A DNA stretch of 64,000 nucleotides from Eledone cirrhosa. Lineage: Eukaryota. The notes under the pieces were generated by a model, which was given only the letters and a program-made list of their open reading frames with translations, did not search any database and was not told the DNA's origin. A program made the translations under genes and the position numbers. Numbering within the stretch: position 1 is the first letter of the stretch; every line of letters starts with the position of its first letter. Shown in pieces: positions 45,001-56,721 of the stretch. The stretch is from assembly GCA_964016885.1 (NCBI GenBank), contig OZ024742.1:366358001-366422000 (forward strand). The letters run 5' to 3'.

Positions 45001-48000
45001 GCGATGTATTAAGTCACCCAGAAAGAGCTTGACTGTGGATCCAGACTGTGAGGGTCAAGTGGGCGATTTCTTAAGTCACCCAGAAAGATCTTGACTGTGG
45101 GTCCAGACTGTGAGGGTCAAGTGGGCGATGTATTAAGTCACCCAGATAGAGCTTTACTGTGGGTCCAGACTGTGAGGGTCAAGTGGGCGATGTATTAAGT
45201 AACCCAGATAGATCTTGACTGTGGGTCCAGACTGTGAGGGTCAAGTGGGCGATGTATTAAGTCACCCAGAAAGAGCTTGACTGTGGGTCCAGACTGTGAG
45301 GGTCAAGTGGGCGATGTATTAAGTCACCCAGAAAGAGCTTGACTGTGGGTCCAGACTGTGAGGTTCAAGTGGGCGATGTATTAAGTAACCCAGATAGAGC
45401 TTGACTGTTGGTCCAGACTGTGAGGGTCAAGTGGGCGATGTATTAAGTCACCCAGAAAGAGCTTGACTGTGGGTCCAGACTGTGAAGGTGAAGTGGGCGA
45501 TGTATTAAGTGACCCAGAAAGAGCTCGACTGTGGGTCCAGCCTGTGAGGGTAAAGTGGGCGATGTATTAAGTCACCCAGAAAGAGCTTGACTGTGGGTCC
45601 AGACTGTGAGGGTCAAGTGGGCGATGTATTAAGTCACCCAGATAGAGCTTGACTCTGGGTCCAGACTGTGAGGGTCAAGTGGGCGATGTATTAAGTGACC
45701 CAGAAAGAGCTTGACTGTTGGTCCAGACTGTGAGGGTCAAGTGGGCGATGTATTAAGTCACCCAGAAAGAGCTTGACTGTGGGTCCAGACTGTGAGGGTA
45801 AAGTGGGCGATGTATTAAGTCACCCAGTTAGAGCTTGACTGTGGGTCCAGATTGTGAGGATCAAGTGGGCGATGTATTAAGTCACCCTGATAGAGCTTGA
45901 CTGTGGGTCCAGACTGTGAGGGTCAAGTGGGCGATGTATTAAGTCACCCAGAAAGAGCTTGACTGTGGGTCCAGACTGTGAGGGTAAAGTGGGCGATGTA
46001 TTAAGTCACCCAGATAGAGCTTGACTGTGGGTCCAGACTGTGAGGGTAAAGTGGGCGATGTATTAAGTCACCCAGATAGAGGTTGACTCTGGGTCCAGAC
46101 TGTGAGGGTCAAGTGGGCGATGTCTTAAGTCACCCAGTTAGAGCTTGACTCTGGGTCCAGACTGTGAGGGTCAAGTGGGCGATGTATTAAGTCACCCAGA
46201 TAGAGCTTGACTGTGGGTCCAGACTGTGAGGGTCAAGTGGGCGATGTATTAAGTCACCCAGATAGAGCTTGACTGTGGGTCCAGACTGTGAGGGTCAAGT
46301 GGGCGATGTATTAAGTCACCCAGAAAGAGCTTCACTGTGATTCCAGACTGTGAGGGTCAAGTGGGCGATGTATTAAGTGACCCAGAAAGAGCTTGACTCT
46401 GGGTCCAGACTGTGAAGGTCAAGTGGGCGATGTATTAAGTCACCCAGATAGAGCTTGACTGTGGGTCCTGACTGTGAGAGTAAAGTGGGCGATGTATTAA
46501 GTCACCCAGAAAGAGCTTGAGTCTGGGTCCAGACTGTGAGGGTCAAGTGGGCGATGTATTAAGTCACCCAGATAGAGCTTGACTGTGGGTCCAGACTGTG
46601 AGGGTCAAGTGGGCGATGTATTAAGTCACCCAGAAAGAGCTTGACTGTGGGTCAGAGACTGTGAGCGTCAAGTGGGCGATGTATTAAGTCACCCAGATAG
46701 AGCTTGACTATGGGTCCAGACTGTGAGGGTCAAGTGTGCGATGTATTAAGTCACCCAGATAGAGCTTGACTGTGGGTCCAGACTGTGAGGGTCAAGTGGG
46801 CGATGTATTAAGTCACCCAGAAAGAGCTTGACTGTGGGTCCAGACTGTGAGGGTCAAGTGGGCGATGTCTTAAGTCACCCAGATAGAGCTTGACTGTGGG
46901 TCCAGACTGTGAGGGTTAAGTGGGCGATGTATTAAGTGACCCAGAAAGAGCTTGACTCTGGGTCCAGACTGTGAGGGTAAAGTGGGCGATGTCTTAAGTC
47001 ACCCAGAAAGAGCTTGACTCTGGGTCCAGACTGTGAGGGTCAAGTGGGCGATGTATTAAGTAACCCAGATAGAGCTTGACTGTGGGTCCAGACCGTGAGG
47101 GTCAAGTGGGCGATGTATTAAGTCACCCAGATAGAGCTTGACTGTGGGTCCAGACTGTGAGGGTCAAGTGGGCGATGTATTAAGTCACCCAGAAAGAGCT
47201 TGACTGTGGATCCAGACTGTGAGTGTCAAGTGGGCGATTTCTTAAGTCACCCAGAAAGATCTTGACTGTGGGTCCAGACTGTGAGGGTCAAGTGGGCGAT
47301 GGATTAAGTCACCCAGATAGAGCTTGACTGTGGGTCCAGACTGGGAGGGTCAAGTGGGCGATGTATTAAGTAACCCAGATAGATCTTGACTGTGGGTCCA
47401 GACTGTGAGGGTCAAGTGGGCGATGTATTAAGTCACCCAGAAAGAGCTTGACTGTGGGTCCAGACTGTGAGGGTCAAGTGGGCGATGTATTAAGTCACCC
47501 AGAAAGAGCTTGACTGTGGGTCCAGACTGTGAGGTTCAAGTGGGCGATGTATTAAGTAACCCAGATAGAGCTTGACTGTTGGTCCAGACTGTGAGGGTCA
47601 AGTGGGCGATGTATTAAGTCACCCAGAAAGAGCTTGACTGTGGGTCCAGACTGTGAAGGTCAAGTGGGCGATGTATTAAGTGACACAGAAAGAGCTCGAC
47701 TGTGGGTCCAGCCTGTGAGGGTAAAGTGGGCGATGTATTAAGTCACCCAGAAAGAGCTTGACTGTGGGTCCAGACTGTGAGGGTCAAGTGGGCGATGTAT
47801 TAAGTCACCCAGATAGAGCTTGACTCTGGGTCCAGACTGTGAGGGTCAAGTGGGCGATGTATTAAGTGACCCAGAAAGAGCTTGACTGTGGGTCCAGACT
47901 GTGAGGGTAAAGTGGGCGATGTATTAAGTCACCCAGTTAGAGCTTGACTGTGGGTCCAGATTGTGAGGGTCAAGTGGGCGATGTATTAAGTCACCCTGAT

Positions 48001-50840
48001 AGAGCTTGACTGTGGGTCCAGACTGTGAGGGTCAAGTGGGCGATGTATTAAGTCACCCAGAAAGAGCTTGACTGTGGGTCCAGACTGTGAGGGTCAAGTG
48101 GGCGATGTATTAAGTCACCCAGATAGAGCTTGACTCTGGGTCCAGACTGTGAGGGTCAAGTGGGCGATGTCTTAAGTCACCCAGTTAGAGCTTGACTCTG
48201 GGTCCAGACTGTGAGGGTCAAGTGGGCGATGTATTAAGTCACCCAGATAGAGCTTGACTGTGGGTCCAGACTGTGAGGGTCAAGTGGGCGATGTATTAAG
48301 TCACCCAGATAGAGCTTGACTGTGGGTCCAGACTGTGAGGGTCAAGTGGGCGATGTATTAAGTCACCCAGAAAGAGCTTGACTGTGGGTCAGAGACTGTG
48401 AGGGTCAAGTGGGCGATGTATTAAGTCACCCAGATAGAGCTTGACTGTGATTCCAGACTGTGAGGGTCAAGTGGGCGATGTATTAAGTGACCCAGAAAGA
48501 GCTTGACTCTGGGTCCAGACTGTGAAGGTCAAGTGGGCGATGTATTAAGTCACCCAGATAGAGCTTGACTGTGGGTCCAGACTGTGAGCGTCAAGTGGGC
48601 GATGTATTAAGTCACCCAGATAGAGCTTGACTATGGGTCCAGACTGTGAGGGTCAAGTGTGCGATGTATTAAGTCACCCAGATAGAGCTTGACTGTGGGT
48701 CCAGACTGTGAGGGTCAAGTGGGCGATGTATTAAGTCACCTAGAAAGAGCTTGACTGTGGGTCCAGACTGTGAGGGTCAAGTGGGCGATGTCTTAAGTCA
48801 CCCAGATAGAGCTTGACTGTGGGTCCAGACTGTGAGGGTTAAGTGGGCGATGTATTAAGTGACTCAGAAAGAGCTTGACTCTGGGTCCAGACTGTGAGGG
48901 TAAAGTGGGCTATGTCTTAAGTCACCCAGAAAGAGCTTGACTCTGGGTCCAGACTGTGAGGGTCAAGTGGGCGATGTATTAAGTGACCCAGAAAGAGCTT
49001 GACTCTGGGTCCAGATTGTGAGGCTAAATTGGGCGATGTATTAAGTGGCCTAGATAGAGCTTGACTGTGGGTCCAGACTGTGAGGGTCAAGTGGGCGATG
49101 TATTAAGTCACCCAGAAAGGGCTTGACTCTGGGTCCAGACTGTGAGGGTAAAGTGGGCGATGTATTAAGTCACCCAGATAGAGCTTGACTGTGGGTCCAG
49201 ACTGTGAGGGTCAAGTGGGCGATGTCTTAAGTCACCCAGATAGAGCTTGACTGTGGGTCCAGACTGTGAGGGTAAAGTGGGCGATGTCTTAAGTCACCCA
49301 GATAGAGCATGACTGTGGGTCCAGACTGTGAGGGTAAAGTGGGCGATGTCTTAAGTCACCCAGAAAGACCTTGACTGTGGGTCCAGACTGTGAGGGTAAA
49401 GTGGGCGATGTATTAAGTCACCCAGAAAGAGCTTGACTGTGGGTCCAGACTGTGAGGGTCAAGTGGGCGATGTCTTAAGTCACCCAGAAAGAGCTTGACT
49501 GTGGGTCCAGACTGGGAGGGTCAAGTGGGATGTCTTAAGTCACCCAGAAAATGCTTGACTGTGGGTCCAGACTGTGAGGGTAAAGTGGGCGATTTATTAA
49601 GTCACCCAGAAAGAGCTTGACTGTGGGTCCAGACTGTGACGGTCAAGTGGGATGTCTTAAGTCACCCAGAAAGAGCTTGACTGTGGGTCCAGACTGTGAC
49701 GGTCAAGTGGGATGTCTTAAGTCACCCAGAAAGAGCTTGACTGTGGGTCCAGACTGTGAGGGTAAGGTGGGCGATGTCTTAATTCACCCAGAAAGAGCTT
49801 GACTCTGGGTTCAGACTGTGAGGGTCAAGTGGGCGATGTATTAAGTCACCCAGTTAGAGCTTGACTCTGGGTCCAGACTGTGAGCGTAAAGTGGGCGATG
49901 TATTAAGTCACCCAGAAAGAGCTTGACTCTGGGTCCAGACTGTGAGCGTAAAGTGGGCGATGTATTAAGTCACCCAGAATGAGCTTGACTGTGGGTCGAG
50001 ACTGTGAGGGTAAAGTGGGCGATGTCTTAAGTCACCCAGATAGAGCTTGCCTGTGGGTCCAGACTGTGAGGCTAAAGTGGGCGATGTCTTAAGTCACCCA
50101 GAAAGACCTTGACTGTGGGTCGAGACTGTGAGGGTCAAGTGGGCGATGTCTTAAGTCACCCAGATAGAGCTTGACTGTGGGTCCAGACTCTGAGGGTCAA
50201 GTGGGATGTCTTAAGTCACCCAGAAAGAGCTTGACTGTGGGTCCAGACTGTGAGGGTCAAGTGGGATGTCTTAAGTCACCCAGATAGAGCTTGACTGTGG
50301 GTCCAGACTGTGAGGGTAAAGTGGGCGATGTATTAAGTCACCCAGAAAGAGCTTGACTGTGGGTCCAGACTGTGAGGGTCAAGTGGGCGATGTCTTAAGT
50401 CACCCAGATAGAGCTTGACTGTTGGTCCAGACTCTGAGGGTCAAGTGGGATGTCTTAAGTCACCCAGAAAGAGCTTGACTGTGGGTCCAGACTGTGAGGG
50501 TCAAGTGGGTGATGTATTAAGTGACCCAGAAAGAGCTTGACTGTGGGTCCAGACTGTGAGGTTCAAGTGGGCGATGTCTTAAGTCACCCAGAAAGAGCTT
50601 GACTGTGGGTCCAGACTGTGAGGATAAAGTGGGCGATGTCTTAAGTCACCCAGATAGAGCTTGACTCTGGGTCCAGACTGTGAGGGTCAAGTGGGCGATG
50701 TATTAAGTGACCCAGAAAGAGCTTGACTGTGGGTCCAAACTGTGAGGGTCAAGTGGGCGATGTATTAAGTCACCCAGAAAGAGCTTGACTGTGGGTCCAG
50801 ACTGTGAGGGTCAAGTGGGCGATGTATTAAGTCACCCAGA
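1..50840. repeat. Satellite DNA array, 62-bp monomer (consensus AGCTTGACTGTGGGTCCAGACTGTGAGGGTCAAGTGGGCGATGTATTAAGTCACCCAGA[A/T]AG), ~820 copies, runs off the left edge of the window
   Basis: Uninterrupted head-to-tail repeats with period 62. Occasional 63-bp (ggtcagagact), 61-bp (gattcttaag) and, near the edge, 60-bp (gtgggatgtc) monomers. Abrupt end at ...gtcacccaga|ggcaggg (50840). Confidence 0.99.
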
Positions 50841-50895
50841 GGCAGGGAGTGACCATCCAACTTTCATTTAATTTCTGCCTACCCAGTTACATTCA

Positions 50896-51118
50896 CGGTA
50901 GATTGACAGCATCGGTAGAACGTCATATACCATGCTTTTCAGTATAGAGTTATGGCCTTTTACGTTCTCAGTTCAACACCACTCCCAACCCGAGGTCTCC
51001 TTTGCCTTTCATTCTTCCGGGTGGATAAAATAAAGTACCAGTAATGCACTGTGGTCGATTTAACCGACTTTCCCCGTCCCCCTACATTGTTGGCCTTGTG
51101 TCTATAGTAGAAATCATT
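50896..51118 (+). mobile_element. tRNA-derived SINE (family A), diverged copy
   Basis: B-box-like 'gttctcagttcaac', central 'ccgaggtctcctttgcctttcattcttccgggtggataaaataaagtaccag' and tail 'ggccttgtgtctatagtagaaat'. The same blocks recur at 51902-52076, 52768-52985, 53014-53222 and 61114-61310. Confidence 0.8.
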
Positions 51119-51165
51119 AGTTGGACGTTTGTCTACTTATGTTTTGTTAAATAAAGCTGAGTTTC

Positions 51166-51497
51166 ATACCACCAGTAACTCTAGCCCGGAGAAGAACGAA
51201 TCCGTTGATACCACCAGTAACTCTAGCCCGGAGAAGAACGAATCCGTTGATACCACCAGTAACTCTAGCCCTGAGAAGAACGAATCCGTTGATACCACCA
51301 GTAACTCTAGCCCGGAGAGGAACGAATCCGTTGATACCACCAGTAACTCTAGCCCGGAGAGGAACGAATCCGTTGATACCACCAGTAACTCTAGCCCGGA
51401 GAGGAACGAATCCGTTGATACCACCAGTAACTCTAGCCCGGAGAAGAACGAATCCGTTGATACCACCAGTAACTCTAGCCCGGAGAGGAACGAATCC
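51166..51497. repeat. Minisatellite, 42-bp unit (ATACCACCAGTAACTCTAGCCCGGAGA[A/G]GAACGAATCCGTTG), ~7.9 copies
   Basis: Direct tandem repeats with period 42 (51166, 51208, ...), nearly identical. They account for the three overlapping repetitive ORFs in the ORF track. Confidence 0.97.
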
Positions 51498-51901
51498 ATC
51501 GAGTTTACTTAACTTAAATTTTCCCTCCTGTCTTTAAAGGGAAAGTGGAATATTTGTAAAATTGTTTTGGTTTCAGATTGAATTAAATGCCTTTCTATTT
51601 ATTCCGGCTGACTACGTTTTGAGTTCGAATCCCGTCAAAGTAAATTAGCTTTAAATTTTCGTATTCAGTACCAATATATACGATCTCAGGAGCGGAGGTA
51701 AAACGAAATCTTTAAAGAATCGCTATCTGATCCGGTTCTATGTATTTTGAGTTGAAATTTCAGCAACTTATGCTCAGTGTTACAGTCAGACACTATCAAT
51801 GGAAACATTGCTTCCTTAGATATACACATTAGCTCCTTGCCTTTTGTACTACGTGGTCACAGGTTATACAAAACATAACAGTCAAATATGCTTAAAATAA
51901 T

Positions 51902-52076
51902 TGTTTCTACTTTTGGCACAAGGCCAGCAATTATCCCAGTGTATTACTGGTACTTTATTTTATCGACCCTGTAAGGATGAAAGGCAAAGTTAACCTCGGC
52001 GGGATTTGAACTCAGATCATAAAAGGAGGTAACTCTATGCTTCAAAGTATGGCGTCCGACCCTCTATCGATACTGC
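51902..52076 (-). mobile_element. SINE family A copy flanked by a 19-bp target-site duplication
   Basis: Reverse complement of the family A core ('ctggtactttattttatcgaccctgtaaggatgaaaggcaaagttaacctcggcgggatttgaactcag'). Direct repeat CAAATATGCTTAAAATAAT at 51883-51901 and 52095-52113. Confidence 0.85.
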
Positions 52077-52133
52077 TTAAATATGCTTAATATGCAAATA
52101 TGCTTAAAATAATATCAAATTGTTGTTACCATA

Positions 52134-52340
52134 GCACCCTGTCGTACCATATTTCTAATGAAAAACACTGCTTGTTTTCAAATCATTTTCAAAATAATCA
52201 AGGTTTTCAAGGGGTTTAGTGATATAACTAACTATATAATTATTAAGTTTGTTCTTGGAATGTAACTTAACGAAAGTTCTTACATGAAATTATGGTGGGT
52301 AGAACATGGACGGTTACAGGGGGTTTGGTATAAAATGCAT
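52134..52340. mobile_element. Degenerate interspersed repeat, probably a non-autonomous DNA transposon remnant (related copy at ~54520-54690)
   Basis: Shares 'tctaatgaaaaacact' and a similar 3' block ('cggt....gg..g...tggtat.a.aatg') with 54520-54690. The class assignment is inference. Confidence 0.35.
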
Positions 52341-52767
52341 TATGCCTGGGAGAAAAAACAGACGAGTTTGTCACGACTGGAATGCTGTTGGTCATAGGTC
52401 TACTCTATCGGGTTTGACCAGGGGTTAAAATCAACAACGACTAACAAAATAATAAAATGTGTGGTTAATATTTCTGATTGGACAACTAAATCAATTTTTC
52501 TTCATTAAATAACTATTTTCGTTAAAAGCATTTTAAACATTTTGGTTAAATATATGATTGATCGTATAAGATGATAGACGGAATTTTGATTATATTTCTA
52601 TTGGGAACTAGTTTTAACATATTCATATATTCTTTAAATGTATGAACTAGAAATGAAAGGAGGTGGTAGGGGTGTAATGGAAGAATTGTGGAGATTTATG
52701 ATGAAATCTGGGGAGATGTAAATGTTGGCGGAATGTGGAATAACGAGTATAAGGGAGAGAATGGAAT

Positions 52768-52985
52768 AATATTGATTTCTAAGGCACAAGACCAGGAAAT
52801 ATTGGGGCGGGGAGGGGGGTTAAATCACCCTAGTACTTGTCTGCTACTTTATTTGATCCACACTGGAAGGATGAAAGGTGAAGTTGACTTTAGCAGGATT
52901 TGAACTCAGAATGTAAAGGGCCAGGTCAAATATCACAATGGTATTTTCTTCGACGCTCTACCAATTCTGCCAGTCTAACACCCTT
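52768..52985 (-). mobile_element. SINE family A copy
   Basis: 'ggcacaagaccagg...aaggatgaaaggtgaagttgactttagcaggatttgaactcagaatgtaaag...cgacgctctaccaattctgcca' is the reverse complement of family A. Confidence 0.8.
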
Positions 52986-53013
52986 CACTAGGGTGGGATA
53001 GGGATGGTATAGC

Positions 53014-53222
53014 ATTGGTTTCTGATTTAGGAATAAAGACAACCATTTGGGGGCAGGGGAAAGTTGATTAAATCGGTCCCAGTTCATTACTGGTACTTTA
53101 TTGAATCGACCCCGTAAAGCTAACCTCGGCGTGATTTGAACTCAGATGATAAAGGACCAGAACAAAAACCCCAATGGAATTTTATTCGACGCTCTACCAA
53201 TTCTGCCATTCTAGCACCCTTC
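53014..53222 (-). mobile_element. SINE family A copy (tandem with the previous one)
   Basis: 'ctggtactttattgaatcgaccccgtaaag...acctcggcgtgatttgaactcag...cgacgctctaccaattctgcca'. Confidence 0.8.
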
Positions 53223-53565
53223 AGTAAGATGGGGTGTGATGATATAATATTGATATACATATTCAGTGTAATGTTATAAAATAAAAGAGTGTACAATAAT
53301 TAAATATTGATTCCTGCAACTATCACAGTGATATTCCAGTTTTTTAAGTGTGGTTTATCAATGTGCGGACATACTATGTAAGAATATTTAATATTGTAGT
53401 AAGATCTGTTAGGAAGTTTTTAGTATGAGACTCAACTTAACTATACATAACCTGAGTCTTTTAATTTCGTATCTATGTAGTTAACAGTGTTCGAGTTACA
53501 TCGATTTTGCATTGGAATTAATACCTTTCTAATTTCATGTTATTGGGTTGCCACAACTAGTTAAC

Positions 53566-53567
53566 TA

Positions 53568-53606
<39 letters not shown>

Positions 53607-53633
53607 GCTGCTGATGCTGATGCTTATGCTGCT

Positions 53634-53664
<31 letters not shown>

Positions 53665-53688
53665 CTACTACTACTACTACTACTACTA
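53566..53688. repeat. Compound trinucleotide microsatellite (CTA)n/(CTG)n
   Basis: Seen directly; source of the poly-Ser ORF 53565-53759. Confidence 0.97.
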
Positions 53689-53779
53689 CACTTCATTGTT
53701 GTGACATAGTAAAACCTTTCCATCTCCCACGATCCTACATTAACCGTCTCAGTGTTCACTGGTTAATTCTGGGTTTTCC

Positions 53780-53961
53780 TCAATGACTCTCTAATGTTTT
53801 GAGAGAGTATCTGCGTTTTCGTTTCACTTTAGTGGGCTCCCATATTATAGGTTTTGTAGCAGGTTCGTTTCCTTTCATGACATCACCTGCCAGTTCAAGA
53901 CAACGGATGGTATGGCTAATGGTTGTCGTAGAGAATTTGGCACTATTCTTTTCCCCATCAC
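53780..53961 (-). CDS. Candidate terminal coding exon of an unidentified host gene (..DGEKNSAKFSTTTISHTIRCLELAGDVMKGNEPATKPIIWEPTKVKRKRRYSLKTLESH*)
   Basis: Minus strand has a good acceptor (catttTCAG|GT at 53963/53961), then 59 open, non-repetitive codons to TGA (53782-53780). Unique sequence. No family recognised. Confidence 0.45.
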
Positions 53962-54831
53962 CTGAAAATGTATAACTAACGTATCGTTGTTTAAATTTAC
54001 CACATGCACTATATTAAGATTCGATTGGTTTGAAGTAAACATTTGCATCATATGTGATCTCGTGAGATATTTCTTGTAGATTTCTACAAGTGTATTTAAT
54101 TTGATTTGGATGTTATAAGATTTTACAAGCTGGAAGTACAGCCAAAACTCACTTTAAGGCTTGGAGAAATTCGTATTCATTAAAGCTATGAGATTGGTTT
54201 GTAATATATAGAGGAATTGTTAAATGCACTAGAGTGTAAGATAGAATGTTCTGCAGTATTTGTTCCGAATTCTTGTGTTCTGTATTCAAACTACACCGAC
54301 ATGAATTTGTCTTTCATCATTCCGGTAAAATGACTAGTGAAGTACACGTGTCAGTTCTACTTTCTGTTGTGTTACGTCGTAATATAGTCCAAACACTCGT
54401 ACTGCCCACTTCTAAAAACGAAGAGAAAGCTTTGGAAAGCTATCAAATATCTTTCATAGAATTCCTCTCTCTCTCTCACACATGCATACATTATATATAC
54501 TCTCTGCACCTAATGAATTCCGTCTAATGAAAAACACTCTATTCAATTAATTAGTGAAGCAGTTTGAGGAGGAATTTACTAAAATTAATATGCTAGAAAA
54601 TTTCAATTTCAATAGAACCTCTTTAAAATGGATGGTTTTCTTTCATAGAACTAGCATCGGTCTGGGCAGGACTGGTATCAGAATGGCTAAAGTGGTAGAT
54701 ACGTTTTTATTATTTTCAGGGTTAGGAAAAAATAGAAAAGTTCGTTACAACCAAATTACAAAGAAGACTAACAATATCTCAAACATGAGTTTAAAAAAAA
54801 AAACAAATAAAAATTAAAGAGTAGTTATAGC

Positions 54832-55130
54832 CATGGTTGGATTGAGGCCTTTGGCGGCCCAGGGCACTTCAGGTTGGAGGAGGTCACACACAATACAATT
54901 AGAATACACAACAAACCCCCAATTGTACATATCAAACTAAGCTTGACGTAAGTAATTGAAATTGAAAAGTTATGAATATAAGTAATACATTCAAAAATTC
55001 TACCATCTTAAAAATAAAAAGGCCAGCTGAGGTCACAAATAAATTGCTATGGCCTTCGTTGGTGTACCCCCACCCACTGCAGGGGGCCCGGGACAATTTC
55101 CCCCTTTACCCCACATTAAATCCTTCTCTG
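54832..55130. mobile_element. hAT-like MITE (299 bp) with 8-bp TSD
   Basis: Exact 8-bp direct repeat GTTATAGC at 54824-54831 and 55131-55138. Termini are CA...TG with degenerate TIRs (catggttggatt / aatccttctctg) and GC-rich subterminal 'ggccc' motifs. Confidence 0.75.
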
Positions 55131-55146
55131 GTTATAGCTATGTGTG

Positions 55147-55460
55147 GAGCTGTGTGTTTAAGTGGTTAGAATGTTCAGCTCCCTACTGTAAGGACGTGTG
55201 TTCGACTCCCGGTGGCGTGATGTGTCATGGGGCAGGGAACTTCTCGTTGATCCATTGATTCAACTGGAAAAATGAGTTTTAACTTTATTAAAAGAGTCAG
55301 CCTTGACACACATCCAATGTCACACTGAATCTCCCTGAGGACTACTATAAAGGTACACGTGTCTGTTGAATGTTCAGCTACTTGTACGTCAATTTCACGA
55401 TCAGGTTGTGCTGTTGTTCCAGAAATCGTAAAACCCTTCACCGGAACCGACAGAGGTTCA
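55147..55460 (+). mobile_element. tRNA-derived SINE (family B)
   Basis: A-box-like 'tttaagtggttag' and B-box 'gttcgactccc'. Body 'cagccttgacaca...ggtacacgtgtctgt' is shared with 57050-57180. Confidence 0.75.
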
Positions 55461-56111
55461 AGCCTAACAACACCAACTACAGCCAGTGGAGTGTTTCATT
55501 AAAAATATCGATCCATTAGATTTCTAGCATAAAAGAAATCCTCTAAGCTATTACAGTTGTTTAGAAATGGCAGCCGCAAGCAATACAGTGATAACGTCTC
55601 AGAGCGATTTCGGCGCTGTTTGCTAAATACATCTGCAGACAAGTCTATATCGTTAAAACTGAAACCACACATTCCAGGGGGGAAATGGCGGAAACATGCA
55701 AACAGCGGGTTTTAATTCAAGGAAATCTTAGAACTGTACAAATTATTCAGGCAGATGCCGTGGTTCTGTCTTTAATATTGTTTGAGGCTGGGAGGCATTT
55801 GTAATGGCTGCTACTTCTAGCATTTTATGAATGTTTCAAGTCATCATTTAGAATGTATGCGCATGTAGTACTTGACACAACATTTTATTTAGAACTGACA
55901 AAGCAGGGTTCATCTGCACGTTAAAATAGTTACTGCAATCCACTCTGCATATTTTAGTAACCAGAGACAAAGAAAGCTTCAAATATTCTCTTTTTAGAAT
56001 AATAATTGTTCCTTCCATAAACCGATATATAATTCATGTTGTGGAAGACGACGTACACTCTAACAGCGGAAGATGCCATGCGTAACTACAATGCATGTGT
56101 GTATATATATA

Positions 56112-56156
<45 letters not shown>

Positions 56157-56269
56157 AAGAGAGAGAGAGAGCCATATGTATGTGTATGTGCGTGCGTATG
56201 TATACACATGCTCACATATAATTATACACATCTCTGTCGCTACATACATATCTCTCTAAACATACAGAC

Positions 56270-56528
56270 CTATATATAATGGTTGGACAATAGTAAAATT
56301 AAGGAGTCAAGTAGATCTGTGCTGTCGACGTAATGTCTGAAGAAAGAGTCGGATATTTGCCAATAAGTTGTTAGAACTCTTCTTAAACGTGTGGATAGAT
56401 CCATAACAGAAGACCACCTAATTTCTTCCATATTTCTTTCATACCATTCTTCTACGAGAAAAATATCGAAGTTAACCGATTCTTCTTCAGTGGTTGTCGT
56501 AGTCAATTTATCAATAATAATTTTCCCC
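56270..56528 (-). CDS. Candidate coding exon of an unidentified host gene (GKIIIDKLTTTTTEEESVNFDIFLVEEWYERNMEEIRWSS...LLLSNHYI*)
   Basis: Branch-point-like CTAAC and acceptor tttcCAG| at 56530/56528, followed by 85 open codons (the ORF track shows part of it). Ends TAG followed directly by donor-like GTCTGT. Confidence 0.35.
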
Positions 56529-56721
56529 CTGGAAATTGTCCAGTTAGCGAGAATCAGAATATTTTTCTATTAAAAGATATTCATTCTCTTGAGATATACA
56601 ATAGATTTGTTGAAAATTGGTATGTGGTCTGTGTTTAGGTATGATAGTTAGTTGGTATGTTAGTTACAAATGGTTGGTGTCGTTTGTATCAGTCGTGTGG
56701 TAGAATAATTTTGAAGGTATA

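Noticed and set aside
49617-49802. 61-aa repetitive ORF
   Set aside because: Arises only because two adjacent 60-bp monomers keep the frame open; satellite artefact.
1-50840. CRISPR array
   Set aside because: No unique spacers; the whole 62-bp unit repeats; no cas genes; eukaryotic context.
53565-53759. Poly-Ser ORF
   Set aside because: Translation of a trinucleotide microsatellite.
52688-55441. Short ORFs at 52688, 54246, 54554, 54972, 55049 and 55175
   Set aside because: Mostly overlap SINE or MITE sequence; no recognisable motifs.
55499-55672. Minus-strand ~57-codon open frame (MCGFSFNDIDLSADVF...)
   Set aside because: Short, no donor site or recognisable domain; compatible with chance.
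56460-56495. Minus-strand CUGAAGA...GAUA as another hammerhead
   Set aside because: No GAAA and no closing stem I; lies within a candidate coding exon.
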